A stretch of DNA of 64,000 nucleotides from the human T2T-CHM13v2.0 reference genome, Homo sapiens. Shown one piece after another: positions 56,916 through 64,000 of this stretch; the stretch's first letter is position 1, and each line of letters begins with the position of its first letter. A program made the position numbers and the translations under genes. The stretch is taken from NCBI RefSeq assembly GCF_009914755.1, contig NC_060929.1. The stretch is one strand, 5' to 3'. The notes below the pieces were generated by a model. The model did not search any database, was not told the DNA's origin, and worked only from the letters and a program-made list of their open reading frames with translations.

Positions 56916-57934
56916 CTAAACTGTAGCATTCATTGGGTAGAAAAGAATCATTTTCCTGGCTTTCCATGGGGACTAGCAGAATTCCAGTCTGTAGCCACTC
57001 ACTGAAGTTGGAGATGATTGGGGGAAATTGACAAAATTCACATAGCCTCTAGCACCCACAGTTAAGTCTTCCCTAAATTGGAGAGAGTACCACCCCATTG
57101 TGTACAATACTTTGTACTGAACAAACCTCTTCTCCCCTTAGAGCATACCTGCACTAGGTATTTTCCTCTTTGGAGGCCAACAACTAATCTAATTATTTGT
57201 TCACATATCTCAGAGTATATGTAATTACCTCAGATAAAGTGATGACATTTTACTTGTGATTTTATACAGACAAGACCCATCCTAAAGACCCAGATGCTAG
57301 GGTAGCTCTGCGGGAAAGAAATATCTAGATAATCAGGCCTTATGGGCTCCCTAACTACCCCATTTACTCAAGGATTCCAGTGATTTGTTAAGGTTCAGTC
57401 CACAGAGATGCCTTAAACACAAGACAGTGGTAGACTATAGTGTCTAAAGGGTGAGCAAGCCCAGAAAGTTCTAGTTTTAGCAAATAGCCCCACTTTGCTC
57501 CCTATATTTTATTTATCCAATAAATTTTTATTGAGAATCTACTATGTTACAGACACTGTTCTAGGTGCCTGGGATATATCAATGAACCAAACAAATAGAA
57601 ATCCCTGCCTCATACTCCCAATAACCAAGATTTTGGCTATTTTTTACAGATGAATGGATAAACAAAATGTATATAAACATACAAAGAAATAATGTGCAAC
57701 CTTAAAACAGAAGAAATCCTATCTCATGCTGCATCATCAATGAACCTTAGAGGATCTTATGCTAAGTGGAATAAATCAGTCACAAAAGAACAAATACTAT
57801 GTAATTCCACTTATATGAGATGTCCAAAGTAGTCCAATCCATAGAAATAGAAAGAAATATAAGGTAGAATGGTAGTTACCAAGGATTGGGGATGGCAGGA
57901 GAAAGAATTGCTGTTTGGTGGGTGTAGACTTTCA

Positions 57935-58402
57935 AACTTTGTAGTTCCTACAGAAAGAGTGTTTGGAACCTGGTGAATCAAAACACAGGTTCCATTCTGT
58001 GATATAAAACAGCACATCACAAAGCGTTTTTACAGATACCTTGTTTCTAATTTTTTTTTTTTTTTTTTTTCGACAGAGTTTTACTCTGTTGCCCAGGGTG
58101 GAGTGCAGTGGCATGATCTTGGCTCACTGCAACCTCCGCCTCACAGGTTGAAGTGATTCTTCTGCCTCAGCCTCCCGAGTAGCTGGGACTCCAGGTGTGC
58201 ACCACCACGCCTGGCTAATTTTTTTTTTTTTTTTGTATTTTTAGTAGAGGTGGGGTTTCACCATATTGGCCAGGCTGGTCTTGATCTCCTGACCCTGTGA
58301 TCTACCCACCTTCACCTCCCAAATGCTGGGATTACAGGTGTGAGCCCCCACACCCAGTCCCTTGTTTCTAATTTTTATCGCTGAATATGCATGTGTTCCT
58401 TC
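57935..58402 (-). repeat. Single alpha-satellite (ALR) monomer split by an Alu
   Basis: ctacagaaagagtgtttggaacctggtgaatcaaaacacaggttccattctgtga...cacatcacaaagcg...cttgtttctaatttttat aligns with the alphoid consensus ctacaaaaagagtgtttcaaaactgctc.atcaaaagaaaggttcaactctgtga...cacatcacaaag...cttctgtctagtttttat; strand relative to the usual CATTCTCAGAAAC orientation. Confidence 0.85.
58056..58359 (-). mobile_element. AluS inserted in the alpha monomer
   Basis: TSD CCTTGTTTCTAATTTTT at 58039-58055 and 58360-58376. Confidence 0.95.
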
Positions 58403-58460
58403 TTACAAGATGAAAAAATTCTGGAGATCTTTTTCACAATAATGTAAACATATGTACTGA

Positions 58461-58754
<294 letters not shown>

Positions 58755-59564
58755 AAGATGGCAAATTTTATGATGTCCATTTCTTTGCCACAATAAAAAA
58801 CATCCTTGCATTATGGAATTTATATTTATTCTAGTGAGAGTCAGGATGCAGTGGGGCTAATTCCCAGTAGATAATAAACATAATAATAAACTATCATAAA
58901 GTGTGTCAGAAGATGTTAAGTTCTAGGGAAAAAGTAAAAGGTAGAATAGGAAAGGGAGTATTCAAAGGGCCAATTGCAGACGGGAGTTCAGTATTCAATT
59001 AATAGCATTTAAGACCTCATTAAAAGCGATATTTGAGAAGCACTTGAAACAAGTGAGTCAGCTAAACAAGTAACTAGGAGGAAGACACACATTTTAGGCA
59101 AAGGGAACATGCAGAGTAGAGCACGTGTCGGGAATATACCTGTTCTGTTAGAATAGCAAGAAAGCCAGAATACCTGGGGGCCATTCAAGAATGTCTTTGT
59201 AGGGAAGTTGGTTAGAGTTTTCCTCCAAGGCTCATCATTTTTATGTCATGGTTGCATGCTTTCCTGTTCGTGAAGTTCCCAGTATTGTGCTAGGTGTTAA
59301 AGTGGTAAGACAGACAGGTATGTCCTTGTTGCCTGTAGGTGAGAGAAGCAATTATATCAGTAGCAATAACTGTGGTCATGTTTGACATGAATGTAGAAAA
59401 GAACTAACTTTATCTTGGAGGTAAGAGAATGCTGAATGCTTCTCTGAGGATGGAATGGATGTTCCAATAAAAATGTCAGAGAGTAGCAGTTAGCCAATAA
59501 ATGAGCAAGCAGAACAGTGTTCTGGGTAATGGAGTAGCATCTCTAAAGGCCTGGAGGTAACAGA

Positions 59565-59840
59565 TCTCCGTAATTTTATCATGTTGCAAAACTGAAACTC
59601 TATATCCATTTCACACTTTTCTCCATTTTCCTCTCCCCTTTCTCCTGGCAACCCCCATTCTACTTTCCGCTTTGATGAGTTTGACTAGGTTAGATACCCA
59701 ATATGAGGGGAATCGTCTAGTATTTACCCTTTCATGATTGGCTTATGTCACTTAGCATGATGTCCTCAAGTTTCATCCATGTTGCATGTGACAAGATTTC
59801 CTTTTTTAAGGACTGAACATTGTCTGAATATACCACATCA
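59565..59840 (-). mobile_element. L1MA/MB 3'UTR fragment
   Basis: aaactgaaactcta...cctggcaacc...tggcttatgtcacttagcatgatgtcctcaag. Confidence 0.8.
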
Positions 59841-60120
59841 CTCCCTGTATTCATAAAAAGTATACTTTTACTTCTGCAAGAGCACTATTTCTGCTATTGG
59901 TGAAGTTTGGAGGAAGATGAAATAGTCCACAGGAGGACTGTTATATTCAAACTCCACTAGAGGGATTGGCTCTAGAATCCTGTGCACTTAAGAGATCAGT
60001 TAACCAGTTCCCCACGCCAGTGTATCACATGCTTCTGGCATGATATTTGATGCCTGGGGACTATGGTATTTATGGTGAATCTGTTACGATGCATGAAAAT
60101 CCACTCGTGTCTCACAGTGT

Positions 60121-61520
60121 TGTGTCCAGAATTGGTGGGTTCTTGGTCTCACTGACTTGAAGAATAAAGCCGCGCACCCTCGTGGTGAGTGTCACAGTTC
60201 CTAAAGGCGGCGTGTCCGGAGTTTGTTCCTTCTGATGTTTGGATGTGTTCCGAGTTTCTTCCTTCTGGTGGGTTGGTGGTCTCGCTGGCTCAGGAGTGAA
60301 GCTGCAAACCTTCATGGTGAATGTTACAGCTCTTAAGGTGGCGCGTCTCCAGTTGTTCATTCCTCCCGGTGGGTTTGTGGTCTCGCTGGCTTCAGGAGTG
60401 AAGCTGCAAACCTTCGCCGTGAGTGTCACAGCTCATAAAGGCAGTGTGGACCCAAAGAGTGAGCAGCAGCAAGATTTATTGCAAAGAGCCAAAGAACAAA
60501 GCATCCACTGTGGAAGGGCACCCCAGAGGGTTGCCACTATTGGCTCAGGCAGCCTGCTTTGATTCTCTTATCTGGCCCCACCCACATCTTGCTGATTGGT
60601 CCATTTTACAGAGAGCCGATTGGTCCATTTTACAGAGAGCTGATTGGTCTGCTTTGACAGGGTGCTGATTGGTGTGTTTATAATCCCTGAGCTAGACACA
60701 AAAGTTCTCCACTTCCCCTCTAGATTAGCTAGATACAGAGTGTGGACACAAAGGTTCTCCAAGTCCCCACCAGAGTAGCTAGATACAGAGTGTCAATTGG
60801 TGCATTCACAAACCCTGAGCTAGACCCAGGGTGCTGATTGGTGTGTTTACAAACCTTGAGCTAGATACAGAGTGCTGATTGGTGTATTTACAATACCTTA
60901 GCTGGACATAAAGGTTCTCCAAGTCCCCACCAGATTCAGGAGCTCAGCTATCTTCACCCAGTAGATCCCACACAGGGGTCGCAGGTGGAGCTGCCTGCCA
61001 GTCTGGCATCATGCGCCTGCACTCCTCAGCCCTTGGGTGGTTGATGGGACTGGGCGCTGTGCAGCAGGGGGCAGCATTTGTCAGGGAGGCTCCCATCGTG
61101 CAGGAGCCCACGGCTGGCGGGGGGAGGCTCAGGCATGGCAGGCCCAAGCCCTGCCCTGCTGGGAGGCAGCTAAGGCCCAGTGAAAAGTTGAGCACAGCAG
61201 CTGCTGGCCCAGGTGCTAAGCCCTTCACTGCCCGGGACCGGCAGGGCCAGCTGGCGACTCTGAGTGCGGGCCGCCGAGCCCGTGCCCACCCGGAACTTGC
61301 ACTGGCCCGCAAGCCCCGCGCTTAGCCCCGGTTCCCGCCTGTGCCTCTTCCTCCACACCTCCCTGCAAGCTGAGGGCGCTGGCTCTGGCCTTGGCCAGCC
61401 CAGAAAGGGGCTCCCACAGTGCAGCGTCGGGCTGAAGGACTCAAGCGCGGCCAGAGTGGGCGCCAAGGCCGAGGAGGCGCGGAGAGTGAGCGAGGGCTGC
61501 CAGCACGCTGTCACCTCTCA
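60121..61520 (-). mobile_element. LTR12C (ERV9) full-length solo LTR, 1400 bp
   Basis: Minus strand starts TGAGAGGTGACAGCGTGCTGG and ends ACCAATTCTGGACACA; 4-bp TSD GTGT at 60117-60120 and 61521-61524. Confidence 0.95.
60555..60882 (-). promoter_or_regulatory. LTR12C U3 CCAAT (NF-Y) repeat array and TATA-equivalent position
   Basis: ATTGG at 60595, 60619, 60643, 60668, 60796, 60837 and 60878; GATA (cttatc) next to the TATA-equivalent site. Confidence 0.6.
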
Positions 61521-62747
61521 GTGTGAGATTAGATCATTCTCATTAGCTAAGATATACAGCATTCTAAAGGCTTGAAGCAGGTAGGAAGACCACTATACTT
61601 CCCGGAATGGCCAAAGTGTTTTCTTTCATTTTTTTTTTTTTCCAGTAGGAAACCCTTTAAATCAAGTACCAGACACAGAAGTGAGAGCTTTTAATAGTGT
61701 GTTCTTTTCCTTTTCATTAATCCATATAGCCCCATTCTGGAACAGTTGTGAATAAACAGGAATTTAATGGGGTCAGGAAAAAAAAATCAAGATGGAGCTG
61801 TTACAGACTAAAATACTGGAGGAAAAGGAGAACAAAAAGGAAAAAAGGGAGAGAGAGAATCCTGGGAGGCCAGAAAAGCAGACAGTGGGATGCAGATGGA
61901 GGTACACAAGGAAGAATATTTACCATGGCACAGAGCATTACAAAAACCACAAAAACAAGTTGAAGAGGAGGTAGGAGAGGGAGAGAGGGCAGAGAAAGGG
62001 GCAGCGACCAGAGGCAGGAATTGGCCCAGTGTAATCATGCCAGCTCCCAGGGAGATTGCTGAGGGGTTCCAACCTGCAGATCCATCTGTCTCCTCGAATT
62101 CTAGGGCAAACCTCATTAGTGTGAGGAGGCACCCCACGGCTCAATCCCTACCTCTCGGACCTCAGATCCCCATCTGGCAAGCTAACAAAGCAAGTGTGTT
62201 TGCTCTGCCATAAGAGTTAGATTTTCTTATTCATTCTTTTTCTGATAAGTAAAATGTACCTTTCCCACTATTTATTGGCTTTTATTTGGTGTGCCATGTT
62301 ATGTTATTCTAGCCTTAAGAGTCACATTAATTCATGTTGGGTTGATTGCTGCAGAAGGTGAATAACTTAACTCTTTGTGTAATTAAACTCTGAAAAGTAA
62401 ATCCTCATTCTCAGTCATATGACCTGGCAGGAGGCCAAGGACATGTACCAGGCTTCCTAGTAGTGGTTCCTTGGATGCAGGCCTGAGGCTACAGGGCTGG
62501 GGTTACTCTGAAGGCTATTGGGTCATGTGCTTGATGAGATATTCTGTTTCTTCGTGGAAGAAAACAGAAGTTTAGGGGACCACTGAAAATCTAGATATTT
62601 ACATTTCGGAGGGGGGACATGCTATTGTATAGAGAAACCCCCCCAAAATCTGAAAAATATAACTAAAATTTATTCAAGATGCATCCATGCCACATAACCA
62701 GAGCTTACTTGATGGTGGTTAAAGTTCGCATACGCAAGTTTGTTTCT

Positions 62748-63112
<365 letters not shown>

Positions 63113-63369
63113 TGATTTATTCAACAAATATGTGTCAAGTTCTTACCCAATGCAGGCATTGTGATAGGTACTGGGACTATAGTCACGTAAAATATTTTTT
63201 TCTTGCCCTCATGAAGCTTACAATGTTTTATAATAATTGAGGTTGGATTAGGAGAGGGGAAATTTTCAAGCAAACTTTCAGAAGACATAGATTACACTCC
63301 TCTTCTTTGGGATAGTTGAAGACACTGCTTCCGATTCCTCTCTGTCCTCCAGTCCATTGAGAATGGAGC

Positions 63370-63780
63370 AAGAAGGTGGGATTGGAACCGCATCCCCTGC
63401 CTTGTACTCCTGGCTCCTCTGCATATTGCTTGTGCGACCTTGGGCATATCATGTAACCTTTCTTTCTGAGTTTCATTTCTGGTATCTATAAAATCCAATG
63501 TATCAGATTTACTTACCTTACCAAACTTCTAGATATTTGAAATAAAATCAAATACAAGAAGCACCTTGTTAATTGTAAAGCTTTACATGATGAGGTGTTC
63601 TCTTCTGCCCCTCTTACCTTTGGCTCTGGCTTGGGGCCTCAGGCTGATCCAATCCCCACTCTGCTGCATCCAGCTCTGTGGCCTTGCGTGTTTTTGTGAG
63701 ACTCTCTGAGGCTCAGTTTCCTCATCTGTAAAGTGGATGTTATTGTATTTAACACATGACTGCAAGGATTTTTAAAAATA
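63370..63780 (+). mobile_element. Two MIR fragments
   Basis: tgtgcgaccttgggca...ctgagtttcattt; ctctctgaggctcagtttcctcatctgtaaagtgg. Confidence 0.7.
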
Positions 63781-63805
63781 ACAATATAAGCTTCAACTCT
63801 GCTAG

Positions 63806-64000
<195 letters not shown>

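Noticed and set aside
60590-60900. Regularly spaced direct repeats that superficially resemble a CRISPR-like array
   Set aside because: These are the known LTR12 U3 tandem CCAAT repeats; the spacers are themselves repeated and the DNA is eukaryotic.
60112-61575. Cluster of overlapping 100-120 aa ORFs
   Set aside because: All lie within the GC-rich LTR12C LTR.
61748-62213. Overlapping ORFs (up to 109 aa) in a purine-rich segment
   Set aside because: No domain similarity or exon structure that I can support; probably compositional or an unrecognised old repeat.

Overview
Primate (human-like) intronic or intergenic genomic DNA with no protein-coding gene that I can support. Nearly all listed ORFs come from Alu, L1, LTR or low-complexity sequence, or are chance ORFs. 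The window is a mosaic of old interspersed repeats (MIR, L2, L1M, MLT1/MLT2, LTR16, hAT MERs) and primate-specific ones (FAM/FRAM, AluJ/S, L1PA/PB, THE1, MST, a full solo LTR12C). A few well-formed but unverified splice-site pairs may belong to a non-coding transcript or 5'-UTR exons. I found no new gene system. The notable signals are structural: (1) an orphan ancient-type alpha-satellite monomer inside an L2>L1MB>alpha>Alu stack at about 57.9-58.4 kb; (2) a perfect 20-bp palindrome at the junction that fuses L1 ORF2 to THE1-int; (3) a probable L1 3' transduction; (4) an old twin-priming L1 inversion with its TSD preserved; (5) two apparent local templated copies; (6) tail-less L1 and Alu pieces; (7) a closely spaced inverted Alu pair around a (CA)n loop; (8) a hairpin covering a candidate branch point and 3' splice site. 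Repeat family names come from recalled consensus sequences, not a RepeatMasker run. Boundaries of old repeats are approximate.
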